The notes below the pieces were generated by a model. The model was not told where the DNA came from and ran no database searches. It saw only the letters and a program-made list of their open reading frames with translations. Below, piece by piece: positions 1-11,900 of a stretch of DNA of 64,000 nucleotides. A program made the position numbers and the translations under genes. The stretch covers positions 33,604,001 to 33,668,000 of the forward strand of contig NC_081377.1 of NCBI RefSeq assembly GCF_030684315.1, in the 5' to 3' direction. Within the stretch, counting starts at the first letter, position 1. The number at the start of each line of letters is the position of its first letter. The DNA comes from Stegostoma tigrinum. Taxonomy: Eukaryota.

Positions 1-257
1 ACTGACGAAGTTGCCATGGTATCTCTTATTTGTTGCTCTGGCACAATAGTGTTGTTTGCCTTTGGCATTTTGTCAGAAAGGGGATTCCTTTTTGTTTGTC
101 ATCCCTAAACCTTCCTTGCTAATCGCACCTTTTCAGAGATTTGGAATCACCAATCAGAATCAGGATTGACATGGCACAGTGACTGAGGAAGTAGTAAAAA
201 TCTGTTTTAGCCTCATCCATTTTTTTCCAGGGTAGGGATGTACGCATTGACTAATGT

Positions 258-427
258 AATAGGAACTGCAGTGGCTGGAGAATCTGAGATAACAAGGTGT
301 ACAGCTGGATGAACACAGCAGGCCGAGCAGGAAGCCTGACATTGTGGGCCTAGACCCTTCCGTCAGCCTTTCTGCTCCTATGATTCTGTTTGGCCTGCTG
401 TGTTCATCCAGCTCTACACCTTTATCT
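258..427. mobile_element. Short fold-back Penelope-like terminal-repeat derivative
   Basis: GGAACTGCAG..GCTGGAGAATC..GCTGGATGAACACAGCAGGCC arm followed by its inverse; flanked by CGCATTGACT(A/G)ATGT direct repeat at 243-257 and 428-442. Confidence 0.8.
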
Positions 428-676
428 CGCATTGACTGATGTGTTGCTTCTGGGTTAGATCTAGCTGAAGGGTCATAAGGCATTTATTCTAGAGGGGACC
501 TTGCTGAGACTTGCATCTAGACTTGTTTTTTAAATGACTAATCCATGCAGTCTGCATTCTTCCTCAGACATCCACGTCTGGAATAATATCTGTCACCTGT
601 CCTAGTCATCCTCATTTACTTGTTTGCTGAGCTGTTCAATTCTTTAGATGTAACTTTTTAACCTTCTTGCTTACAG

Positions 677-807
677 AGCAGTGACAGTGGATCTGGTAAA
701 AAAGATGTGATCGAATTGACTGATGACACCTTTGACAAAAATGTAATTGGCAGCAGTGACATTTGGATGGTGGAGTTCTATGCACCATGGTGTGGGCACT
801 GCAAGAG
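677..807 (+). CDS. PDIA6: PDIA6-type protein disulfide isomerase, internal exon (start of 2nd thioredoxin domain)
   Basis: ttacag|...AG|gta; encodes [43 protein letters not shown] with the WCGHC active site; earlier exons lie upstream of the window. Confidence 0.95.
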
Positions 808-1857
808 GTACCCAATCACTTTTTGTAAAGTATACTAGGGAGAAAATTGCTATTGTTATACTATTCAGTGTCATACTGAAGTGTTCTGAAGAATTCCAAA
901 GGGTTAGAGCAGTAAGATTTTGAAGGAATTTTTTAAAGTAAACATGAAGTTGTTAGTATCTTATTGCGTATCATTTTTCAGTAATGAGCACCTGTTCTTC
1001 AGAATTTCTTAACTGCAGTCAGATACTTGTGCTGTGACATGACATTTGATTTCATCACTTTGTTTTCACTTTCAAAGTCTTTTTTTTGTTGATTGATTGT
1101 ATTGATTCAGTAAATAGTCCAGAGATGAGGCCATGAAGTATAGGAGAAGAAATAGGCAATTCAGCCCATTCATTCTGCTCTAGTTGATGAGCCCATGACT
1201 GATCAGATAATCCTCTGGTTCACAGTCCTGATGCCCTAATGGATTGGGAACCGGAAGACCAATGCCTCCTAGAATAAAAAGATAGCAGGAAAGAACTCAA
1301 ACAAGCTGAAAAGGTACCAAGAAATGTCTCTGGCAGACAGGATTAAGGAAAATTCCAAGGCCTTTTTATAAATGAGGAGTGAGAGAGTAGGTAGCGAAAG
1401 GTCAGGTCCACTCAAAGACAAAGGAGTGAAATTGTGGAGCTGGAGGAAGTGGGTGAGGTCCCGACATTTGCACTGGTATTCACAAGGGAGAAGGACGTAG
1501 TGAGTCTTGGAAGGAAGATGTTGATGTTCTAAGACATTCTGGATTTTTTTTTAAGATTAAAAAGTGGTGTTGGGGCCTTTGAAAAGCATTAACACATGAG
1601 TCTCCAGGATCAGATGGGACTGCCACAGAATGCTGAGGGAGGCAGGTGAGGAATTTGCTTGGGCCTTCCTTTGTATCCTTTTCAGTCACAAGAAAGGTCC
1701 CAGAAGACGAGAGAATAGCATCTTACAAACTTTGGTTTGAGTTTTTTTTGTCATGTCCTCAAAGGTGATTGAGGGCAAGATGACTTTTCGACAAGGTCCT
1801 TCATAATCTGATACAAAAGGTGAAGTCACATGGGAGCCACAGTGAGCTGGATACAGA

Positions 1858-2058
1858 AACAGTAAGAACTGCAAGTGCTGGAGTCAGAGACAATATAGTG
1901 TGGAGCTGGAGGAACACAGCATGTCAGGCAGCCTTAGAACAACAAGAAAGTTGAAGTTTTTGGCCAGGAGAAGAGTCCTGACCCAAAACATCAACTTTCC
2001 TGCTTCTCTGCTGCCTGGCCTGCTGTGTTCCTGCAGCTCCACATGATGTTGTCTCTGA
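1858..2058. mobile_element. Older fold-back Penelope-like terminal derivative
   Basis: Diverged arm GAACTGCAAGTGCTGGAG..GGAGCTGGAGGAACACAGC and its inverse GCTGTGTTCCTGCAGCTCC. Confidence 0.65.
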
Positions 2059-3588
2059 ACTGGCTTAGTCATAGACAGTAAGGGTGGAAGGGTTTTTTTT
2101 GGTCTAGAGATCAGGAATCAGTGCTGGGACTCTGGTTGTTTGGCACATACACAAATGATTTGGAGAAAACTAGTCACAGCACGGAAGTAGGCCCTTCAGC
2201 CCAACTTGTCTATGCCGAGCAGGTTTCCTAAACTGAGCCAATCCTGTTTTTGCCTCTGGGTCTGTATCCCTCTAAACCTTTCCTTTTCTGTGTACCTATC
2301 CAAATGGCTTAAAAGTTGTAATTGTACTTTCTACTTGTCTGGTAGTTCATTCCATATGTGCACCATCCTCTGGCAAAAATAGCTCCTTGTGTCCCCTTTT
2401 TTTTAAATTCTTTCCCTGCTTATTGTAAACACATGCCCTCTAGTTTTGGACTCCCTTACCTTGGGGCCTATCTACTTTATCTGTGCCCCTTGTGATTTTT
2501 ATAAACTTGGGTAAGGTCGCCCCTAAGCCTCCTACGTTCCAAGGAACAAAGTCCCAGCTGCTCCTGCTAATTCAAACCCTCCAGTCTCCGTTACGTCCTT
2601 AATCTTTTTTGTACCCTTTGCCGTGTAATAACATCCTATGACAGGATGACCAGAATTGTACACAGTCCTCCCATGTGGCTTTACCAGTGCCTCATACATC
2701 TGTAACACCACGTGTACTCAGTGCTGTGACTAATGAAAGCAACATGGCAAATGCCACTTTCACCACCCAGTCAATCTGCAACGCTGCTTTCAAGGAACGA
2801 TGTACGTGCACCCCTAGGTCTTTGTTCAACAACATTCCTCAGGCCCCTACCATTAACCTTTTTGTATTTGCCCACTGGCCCAGTTGATCAAGATCCCATT
2901 GTACTCTTAGATAACCACCTTCTTCACATTGCACTATATCACCAATTTTGGGGTCAAACTTAGTAAACATGCCTCCTAATTTCTCATCCGAATTATTTAT
3001 TAAATAAAGTGGGCCCAGTACCAATCCTTGTGGTACACTGCTGGTCACAGGCCTCCAGTCTGGACGACAGTTCTGTACTACCATCCTCTGCCTTCAACTG
3101 TGAAGTCAATTTTGTATCCGAGTGGCTCGCTGTCCCTGGAGCCCATGTGATCTAACCTTGTCTAAAAGCCCTGCTAAAGTACCTGTAGATAACACCTGCT
3201 ACTCTACCTTTGTATAGGTGGCCTAATTAAGTTTGCAGGTGACCCAAAGATTGAGGAGCTGTGGAAAGTGAGGTGGATTGTCAGGATGTGACAGAGTATG
3301 GGCTGGAGACTTGGCAGATGGAGTTTAATCCACACAATATGAGGTGATGTATTTTGCGAGATGTAATGCAGGATGAAATTTAAACAGTAAATGGCAAACG
3401 CTTAGTCATATCAACATAGGTTTAAGGTAAAAGGGGGTAAGTTTTTTTAAAAGGAGATGCAAGAAGCAGATTTTTACAGAAAGTGCTGAGTATCTTGAAT
3501 GTGCTGTCAGCAGACATGGCGGAGGTGGATATCATAACAGTTTAGGAGGTATCTTGACCTATATAAACAGGCAGAGAATAGAGGGATA

Positions 3589-3742
3589 GTAAAGTGTGAA
3601 GCTGGATGATGACCCTCTGAAGGGTCTAGGCCTGAAACGTCAGCATTTGTGCTCCTGAGATGCTGCTTGGCCTGCTGTGTTCATCCAGCTTCACACTTTA
3701 TTATTTTGGATTCTCCAGCATCTGCAGTTCCCATTATCTCTG
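3589..3742 (+). mobile_element. Penelope-like terminal derivative with degenerate hammerhead core
   Basis: GAAGGGTCTAGGCCTGAAACGTC..CAGTTCCCATTATCTC; perfect 16-bp TSD AGAGAATAGAGGGATA at 3573-3588 and 3743-3758. Confidence 0.85.
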
Positions 3743-4496
3743 AGAGAATAGAGGGATATGCACGGCGTAGAGTCAAAAGGGCCTTAGTTTGAAAAGGCAT
3801 CATGTCGGGGCTGTCTCTTGTGGGCTAATGAGCCTGTTCCTGTGCTGGACTGTTAGTCTTTGAAATGCTTGGTTTTGACACTTTCCACAATTTTTTAATT
3901 GCCTTTCAATATATGAAGAATGATAACTGCTAGGTACTAGAAAGTAACCTCTGCCTAAGAAGCTGGTCATCAGGAGTCTTTGCTATTCAGGCAATGTAAA
4001 ATAGTTGGAATAGGGTTGGGCTAAGAGGGTGGTGGTACATTGTTTTTAGTTTTGCTTTACTCAAACTTTAAGTTGCTTGTGAAACTTATTGATTCTGTGC
4101 ACTTGCATGGAGTTCCCTGTACTAATAAATGCTATAGATTGGCTGCTGAGTTTCTGAATTAATGTATTACATTCTTTTACTTGTGTGTAAAATTATGAAG
4201 TCAGTCGTCATCTACATCTGGCCAATTAAGACTTCAGATGTAACATTTTTTTTATTAAATTGTACTATTAGACACTCATTGGGCATGTGATTTCAATACA
4301 TGTTTGCACATCTGCCCATTCCATTGGTTGTTTTTATGGTATTGGTAATTTGGTTTCCCAGACTAATGATTCCACTGGGTCTCATGCTTAATACATCATG
4401 CTGTTTTTATTAATTACCTAAGTCAAGAGTTCTGAGCAGATGAAATATGTAACACTTTTTTTTTGTTTTCCTTTAAAACCTGATTGTGTTGTGAAG

Positions 4497-4611
4497 GTTG
4501 GAACCTGAGTGGGCTGAGGCAGCTTCCGAGGTGACAAGTCAGACTGGTGGCAAGGTGAAATTGGCAGCAGTGGATGCCACAGCTAATCAACTACTAGCCA
4601 GCCGGTATGGG
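4497..4611 (+). CDS. PDIA6: PDIA6-type exon
   Basis: aag|...|gtaagt; [38 protein letters not shown]; phase matches neighbouring exons. Confidence 0.95.
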
Positions 4612-4869
4612 GTAAGTGGACAGAAACTCAGCTTTGTAGCAGATAGTATAACTTGATACAATTTGGAGCCTTTTTATTTTTATAAAGCACATTGTTCTTC
4701 TTTGATGTAGAGCTTTACTTTTTGTGTTTCAAGTGTTGAGTTGCTATCTGTAAAGTTGCATATTGTTAAAAACATGGTTTTTAATGGTCTTTAAAATTTG
4801 ATTTTAAACATATTAAATGTCAATCTGGTAAGAATGCTGCAAGGTTCCCTTTTATTATTCTGTCCACAG

Positions 4870-5013
4870 ATCCGTGGGTATCCAACCATTAAAGTATTCC
4901 ACAGAGATGAAGATGGTCCATATGACTATGATGGTGGAAGATCAAAAAGTGATATTGTTGCTCGTGCTCTCGAATTGTTTGCTGAAAATGCACCAGCTCC
5001 AGAACTGCATGAG
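4870..5013 (+). CDS. PDIA6: PDIA6-type exon
   Basis: cacag|...|gtatgg; [48 protein letters not shown]. Confidence 0.95.
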
Positions 5014-6021
5014 GTATGGAGTGGATTGGAAAGTCAAACTACTTAACTTTATTTTGTACCCTTCAGTCTTTTCTGTCTGTGATATGGTCGTAACCTCATT
5101 TGGTGCACTCGAGACCAGATCTGGTGGTTTAATCATGCTCACAAAATGGAAGTGGTCCTCTGACACTTCTGCCTCCTGTTGCTGTGCATCTAGTTTGTGT
5201 TGAACCAAAGAATTTCATGCACTTGCATGCGCAATTGTACACATGTGGCCTTGGCTGAGATTTCCTTGCTATTTTATGGAAGGTATAAAAGTAGGGTAGT
5301 TAATGCCAACAATTCAAGTGCTGCAACTGTCAGTTCTTCTAAAAGCCCTCTGGCCTGCTTCTGGCAAGCTAGTTTGTGTGTATAAGAAACAAATTTTAGT
5401 GCTTGTACCATTTCAAGAATTTTGCATTTTCCCCAAAGCTATAATTATGTTGCCATAAATGCTTGGCTGAGATTCAAAAGCTCTAGTTATTGCAATAGTA
5501 GGTTGACGTGACAGTTTGACGTTTAAAGAGCACATTCAAGGGCTAACTGGCCAGCTGACTTTAATACGGAGTCTGGCTTTCTTTTCAAAAAAGAACTTTA
5601 AATGTCATTTTAAAGGCTTTAATATGTTTCACAAATGATAGTTTGTGCAACAATGAGAGCTATGGTACATAATTATTTTTGAGCTAGATGGCCTAATGAA
5701 TAGGATGAAGTTGCCCATCCTGTGATTGTTTGCACTCTGCTTCAGTGGTAAATACAGCAAAATCATCCATTTTCCAATGGATGTTTTACTGGGGGTTTGG
5801 TTTGGCTAATCAGGAAATTTCCTGACTCAAGCCAACTCAGGTTCCCAACTAAGGTTTTGAACTCTCAGGTTCAATAATTGGTGGTTACCATTCTCCAGTC
5901 AAGGTTACAGTAACATTTTCAAATTACTGCTTGCCCTTTTTCTTAGTAAGTTGGCAAGGATCAAAACAAGTGCTGAATAAATTCATGTCTCAGTTAATAT
6001 TCTATCTTTTTGAAAAAAAAG

Positions 6022-6106
6022 ATTACTGACGAAGAGATCCTAAAGAAGACATGTGATGACCATCAACTGTGTATTGTTGCTGTATTGCCACATATTCTGG
6101 ATACAG
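6022..6106 (+). CDS. PDIA6: PDIA6-type exon
   Basis: aaag|...|gtgag; [28 protein letters not shown]. Confidence 0.92.
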
Positions 6107-6347
6107 GTGAGCTTTAGTTCTTACTGTTACATGAAACACATGAAAACCAAGAATAGGAAAAGATTGACTGACTAGTCAGTGAAGCCTGTCTGTATTAATC
6201 TGGTGGGGTAAATGCAAGAAAAATCCTATACTCCTTTTATGGTTAGGTCAATCTTTTGCATTGAATGCCTGCCTATTTTTAAATGACAGTGATCTGTGAA
6301 TACATTCTACTTGATCATCTAAGTAACTAGATTACATGTGTTTACAG

Positions 6348-6420
6348 GGGCTTCTGGGCGAAATGAATATTTGGCAGTACTAAAGACTATGGCCAACAAG
6401 TACAAAAAGAAATTCTGGGG
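6348..6420 (+). CDS. PDIA6: PDIA6-type exon
   Basis: ttacag|...|gtaggt; GASGRNEYLAVLKTMANKYKKKFW. Confidence 0.93.
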
Positions 6421-6606
6421 GTAGGTATGATTAAATTTTTTTCCAAATGGAAACATGCAGTCAGATGTTTAGAGTCTTAATATGCTGATTGACTGTTTAA
6501 AATACTAAATATAAATAGCTGAACTGACAGTTTGAACCTTTTGTACTAATTACTGCTGTTTGTATTTGAATTCCTTCCAGTAATTGGTTTTTGTTTGTTT
6601 TTTCAG

Positions 6607-6765
6607 TTGGCTATGGACTGAGGCAGGTGCTCAGGCAGAACTTGAAGATTCTTTGGGTATTGGTGGATTTGGCTACCCAGCAATGGCTACAATTAATGCC
6701 AGGAAGATGAAATATGCTCTGCTGAAAGGCTCGTTTAGTGATCAGGGCATCAATGAATTTCTTAG
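6607..6765 (+). CDS. PDIA6: PDIA6-type exon
   Basis: tttcag|...|gtaatt; [52 protein letters not shown]. Confidence 0.95.
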
Positions 6766-7129
6766 GTAATTGTGTTTGACATTCAATCAAATGGGAAATG
6801 TTCTTTACATAAGCATGTCATAATCTGTCAGAGGGGACAAGGAAGACTTCAATAAGAAATTACCAATCACTGACTTTTTTTGTGCTTTCTTTTGGAGCTG
6901 TTGCAAATGGTCTAAAATAATGGCAACACTTAAATTTCTGATCCACATCTTCCAAAGGATCAAACTGTAGTTCGCTTATCTCAATTCATGGCCCAGGCAC
7001 ATGGTATTCCTCTTATTATTAAACAATCAGGAATCTTAACATTTTTTTTTCCTGTGATTTCCTCCTCTTCCCCCCCCCCCCCCCCCCCCCCAACCATGGA
7101 ATAATTTTAAGTTGATTTTATTTGCCCAG

Positions 7130-7575
7130 CTTAATTGAAGACTAGTTCTTGGCCTCGTCTTCAGACTAGGCATTTTATGACCTTCTGGATTTTAATATTA
7201 AAGTTCAGCACCTTCAGCTCGAGTCCACCCCCATTCCTTCCATTTTTTTTCCCTAGCTTTACTGTTTGTAATCTCTGCCACCGTGTCCTCTGTCCCCTTT
7301 CCTGATTCCAATAGGACTATTTGTTCTTTCCTGTCTGGCCATTAGACACACCATTGTTCTCACATTTCTGGTCACTTAATCTGCACTAACAATACCCTTT
7401 CTCCCCCAGTTTCTCTTCTGCAACCCAACCCCCCCCACCCAATTATTACATAAATGCTATCCTCATTTAGGCTCAATGTTAACTTGCTCTGTCTCCATGA
7501 ACTGCTGTCTGACCTGCACTGATCTGTAGCATATTTTTTTTTGGTACAGATTCTAGCATCTGTTGTAACTTGCTC
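7130..7575 (+). mobile_element. Decayed 3' end of another Penelope-like element
   Basis: LVFRLGIL*PSG.. resembles the GIY-YIG C-terminal LGTLQPxGLN motif; followed by a pyrimidine-rich tract and a GACCTGC..GATTCTAGCATCTG tail. Confidence 0.5.
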
Positions 7576-7735
7576 CTAGTTCTTGGTAAACTTGTTGCCA
7601 CTTGAGATGTGCATAAAATGTGTTGCACTTCTAGTTCATGAATTTCAAACTCTTTCTGAAATTATACTGTTTAACTTTTTAGTTGCTGCTTGTACTTTTC
7701 CAACTAAACTGCTTATGCTTTCAATTTCCTTGCAG

Positions 7736-7832
7736 GGAGCTATCAGTTGGAAGAGGCTCGACATCTCCTGTGAAAGGTGCTGCATTCCCAAAAATTAATG
7801 TAGTACAACCATGGGATGGCAAGGATGGTCAG
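7736..7832 (+). CDS. PDIA6: PDIA6-type exon
   Basis: ttgcag|...|gtgagt; [32 protein letters not shown]. Confidence 0.95.
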
Positions 7833-8340
7833 GTGAGTTTTTCTATCACATCAACCTGTCCAGAGATGATGATGATGCAGTTCTGGAGCAGGTGGGACTC
7901 AAACCTGGGCTTGCTAGCTCTGTAATAGGGGCACTGAACAAATTATTTTCAGGTATGTACTCAATTAAATTTTGTATAGTCCAGTAGGGCAGATCTACAA
8001 TGTTTAAAGTAGTAAAACCATATAGCTGTAGTGAGTGGAACAAAATGTCATACTTGCTAATCAGATTTCATCAAAAATGGAGGCTCATCAGTGCTCTCTA
8101 ATGTGATTAAACAATAAAGTATAATGCTGACCATATGAGCTGCAAATCGTTTTAAAACCAGTTTGCATGCAGTTGGACCTGAACTTTAATTTGTGAAAAA
8201 TGGACAAAAAGCTAGATGCAATTTTAATCGGACACAGGCATGCATTTGGCAAATTGTAGCAATACACCGTCGAGGTAACTAAACATTTATTATTTGGACT
8301 CATGTTACATACTGAACAAGTCTTTTTTAATCTTCCTCAG

Positions 8341-8409
8341 ATGCCAGCAGAGGATGACATTGATCTAAGCGATGTGGATCTTGAGGATTATGACAAAGAT
8401 GAGCTGTGA
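8341..8409 (+). CDS. PDIA6: PDIA6-type last coding exon with ER-retention signal
   Basis: cctcag|MPAEDDIDLSDVDLEDYDKDEL-TGA; acidic tail plus KDEL. Confidence 0.96.
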   Translation: MPAEDDIDLSDVDLEDYDKDEL

Positions 8410-8902
8410 GCTGATTGTCCTCCCTCTTATTGGCAGACAGTAACCGTTGGAAGTACTGAACTTGTCATCTGTCTGCATTTGAGGCCTTGTGTCATTGTTC
8501 TAGCTCACTGTATTTCTACTGTGATCTGTAAATATGTTTCACTGGGTTTTTTCTATTTAAAGAAAAAGCAAATTGAATGTTGCAGTTATGTTTTAAATTT
8601 TCCACCTATTTTAAGTAAATTGATCTAACAGACCAAACAGCCATTTGTTATACCTGTTTGACTCTTAATTATTTGAATGGATTCTTATTTCTTTTGAGGG
8701 GATGAGGTGCAGATCTGCAAAATGCATTTAGACACTTCTACTTGTATTTGAGCAATCCTTATTCCAAAGAATGTAACCTGTTCTGCATAGGACAAGTGAA
8801 ATCATGGTGATTACACTACTAAATGGGATTGATCATTTGGAACTTTGGATAGTGGAAAGACACCCCCCCCCCCCCGCCCCCCCCAAGCCGAACATGCATT
8901 TC

Positions 8903-8908
8903 AATAAA
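8903..8908 (+). terminator. Candidate polyadenylation signal of the PDIA6-type gene
   Basis: First AATAAA I found after the stop codon (about 500 nt of 3'UTR); an ATTAAA at 9320 is an alternative. Confidence 0.4.
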
Positions 8909-11900
8909 TTTGGAGGATTCACATAGTTGAGTCAAGATTTTCTGGGGTGGCTACAGAGATCAAAGACTTGACTATGTTGAAGCTGTACACTGGAGACTCA
9001 TCGTACTTTTAACCACAGCACAATGACATGATTGATTCCTGTGACAAACAAGCTTAATTCAGTTTCACTAAGATGAAGATAGTTGCAAATGTCAGTTTAT
9101 TCTGGGTACTGTACAGAATCTACTTTGCAATATTCAGTTTTGCAATTGATGTCTGAGTATCATTATTACTTAATACCATGAAACATTTTCAATTCTGAAA
9201 GGTTTTCTTTGTATGTTTTTTGGTCTTTTCATTTTGTGAATGAAGACTTCATGATAACACTGAGCAATGGAGTCAGTTCTTAAACATCTGAAGTGGTTTC
9301 CTTTTTTGTAATGGGCAGTATTAAAGGAAAAGGTTAATATTTGTAAATGTTTTCTACAAATTACAACTCAATAATACCTGCTGTTGCTCCTGAGAACTGT
9401 GTAGACCATGGTCATACTTGAAAATGCCATTAGAGGTCACCATTCTGTGAAAGTAGATTAAGTAAAATTCAGGGAAGTCATTTTTAGTCCCGTGTTTCAC
9501 TTTTCATCAAATCAGAATTACATTTCAGTTTGTCTACTGTTGTCAGTTTTTTTAACATGCTGATTTCTTTCTATTTTTCAGGATAATGAGAGAAGTTGTT
9601 TATTTAATTTTGCACCTGCAGATTTGAGTCAACTCAGACCAAGAGTGACCTTTTTTATATCGATCTCATGTATTTACACATGTAAAAATACAATTCTTAA
9701 CCTCCTAGAAATGGGGAGAAAGGGTAAATTCTGATTTAAGACAACGGACAATACTAGGCCACCAGTTCAAGAATGCAGAATATAGATAGATGTGCATCAT
9801 TTGAGTTGGGAGGTGGCTCTGGAAAGAAAAAGCATCATAATGTGTTTGAATCCCCTCCTCCTGTACAGATTTACAGGAAGATCCAAGCTATTCTTCTAAT
9901 ATGGTTATTTTCTTGATTTTAAGACTGAAGTGGGGGGGGGGAATAAATTACTTTTTGTTGCCATGAAATAACAGATGGCCTTGCTTTCATCTAATTGTTT
10001 CTTGCTGCCATTGATCACAAACTTGAATGTTGATTCATCAAACGTGGAATGTATGACAAGTTACATCTCTTGCTAGATAATGACTTTGAGTATCCATAAG
10101 TCTCTACAATCAGCAGAATTTACAGCTGATGTTTAACCTGGACAAAACTTAAATATTTACCTCACATGTATACCAAAAATAAGGATTCAGATACTACTTC
10201 TGATAATTGTGAAGTCTTTGATTTTTCTTTCTTGACTGTCTCTATCCAGGTCTGTAGATGTTCAGTGTAATGGACTGTTTGAACTTAGCTATGTAAATAC
10301 TGAAAATTGGAACAGCTCCCACTTCAGGTGGCTGTTGCTAGTATAAAGAACTTTCGGAACAGAATGGATCTTCCACTCTGCTCCAGCCAACTAATTCCAT
10401 CCTTACTACAGAAAAGGATTGCGTTCTGCTGTAGGATGACATTGTCTGTTTTCTACATACATTTTGTACCAAAATTCATCAATTGGTGTTGAAATTCAAG
10501 TTCATTATTTTTCATACAACTGGAAAATGATCAATGTTTGTCCCACCAGGATAAACAGAAGTTGGACCCAAGATCCAGCATTATCCAATTTGAGGCAACA
10601 TTTATTGCATGCATGAAATTATAGGTAGAAGACAAGTTAATCTCAGATCTTTTGTCTCTGCATTAAGTGCAATTATTATTTAGTAAATGAATTGTTCTAA
10701 GCCACATTTAAAGGAGTGCTGTATGTTGAGGAAGAAATTCATGGTAAAGGATCTCTTTCCTTCTATTGAATGAGAATGTTAGAAGTGGCACTTGTTTGGT
10801 GAAGTAAGTGCTAGTCTCGTGTTCACTAATTTTGTAGAGGTTGTAACAACTTTAAATGAGGGGTGATCTATTTATCCAGACAATTGCAGGTTCACTTTCA
10901 ACAATGGCTAGGGATATTACATGCATATTTAACAATGTTCAAATACTGATTTAAGAATCAACTTGGGGAATTTTATTTTGTTTGAAATAAAATGCAAAAT
11001 GTTTTCTTTACCAATCCTGAGGTACACCATCTTTCAAAGAGTGGGAGCATTACATGCATTATACACAGACCATAGCACTCAGTGCAGCTCTTGAAAGAGT
11101 ATGGTATTGACACTATTTTTTCTCTAGCTACACTAGAGCGGAAAGAAAATGTTCCTAATTTTGATATAATTGTGCTATGAAAATTTTTCAATATTGTCAG
11201 TGAAATAAAATTAAGTAGATATTTGGAATGTTTCTGAGGGGTAGACTGAAAAAATGAGTTCCCTGGACTGAATGCACTCCTCACCAGAGGCAGATGACAA
11301 GTAATCTATGAACTGCCTTAGTGGAGAACAACTAGTTAACTGATTCATCCATGTGCTTTGAATTTTCTTAAATCCATGAATATCAGCCTTAAATTGCTTG
11401 GAAAATGACTATGCTTTCTGGAAGAGAAGATTCCTAGGATTCCCTAAACCAATTTTTTTTTTTTAAAAAGTGGATGCTTTCAATGAAAGAACAGTTTCTT
11501 TTGTAATTCATAAAACTAAAAACAAATTCAAATACCACGATGTTTTACTGCTCTACTGTTCAGAAGCCACCAGTTCTCATATATGCATTAGCAGAAAGTG
11601 TGCAGGTATAGGCAATCCCTGGTATATCGCTCGGTACGAGTAGGCTGCAGCTGACACAGTTATCTGCCACTCACTGGACGATGATGAGGTTGCATGAGTT
11701 CTGCTATAGGGAACTTTCAGAATACTGTGAAGGCATGCTCAATTTTAAGTGCATTAGTGACCAGGCAGAGAACTTCCTGTCCTGCCAAGGAATATTGGGC
11801 AGAGGGTACTGTCCAAACTTTTCCTTCTCTGCAACCTCTGACCCATTTGAACCAGAGGTGCTGCAGCCCTGAGCTTTGAATGTTACAAGCAGTGAGAACA

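Larger units (their letters stand above)
1230..3860. mobile_element. Nested decayed CR1-type LINE fragments (+ strand copy interrupted by a - strand copy at about 2170-3200)
   Basis: RT remnant WRPVTSSVPQGLVLGPL..QWDLDQLGQWA on the - strand (ORF 2839..3084); CR1-like 3' ends; many stops. Confidence 0.75.

Noticed and set aside
11590-11790. Plus-strand kinase-like words (GNPWYIA, ISDQAENFL)
   Set aside because: Multiple stops and no other kinase motifs; better explained as the antisense of the minus-strand channel-like exon
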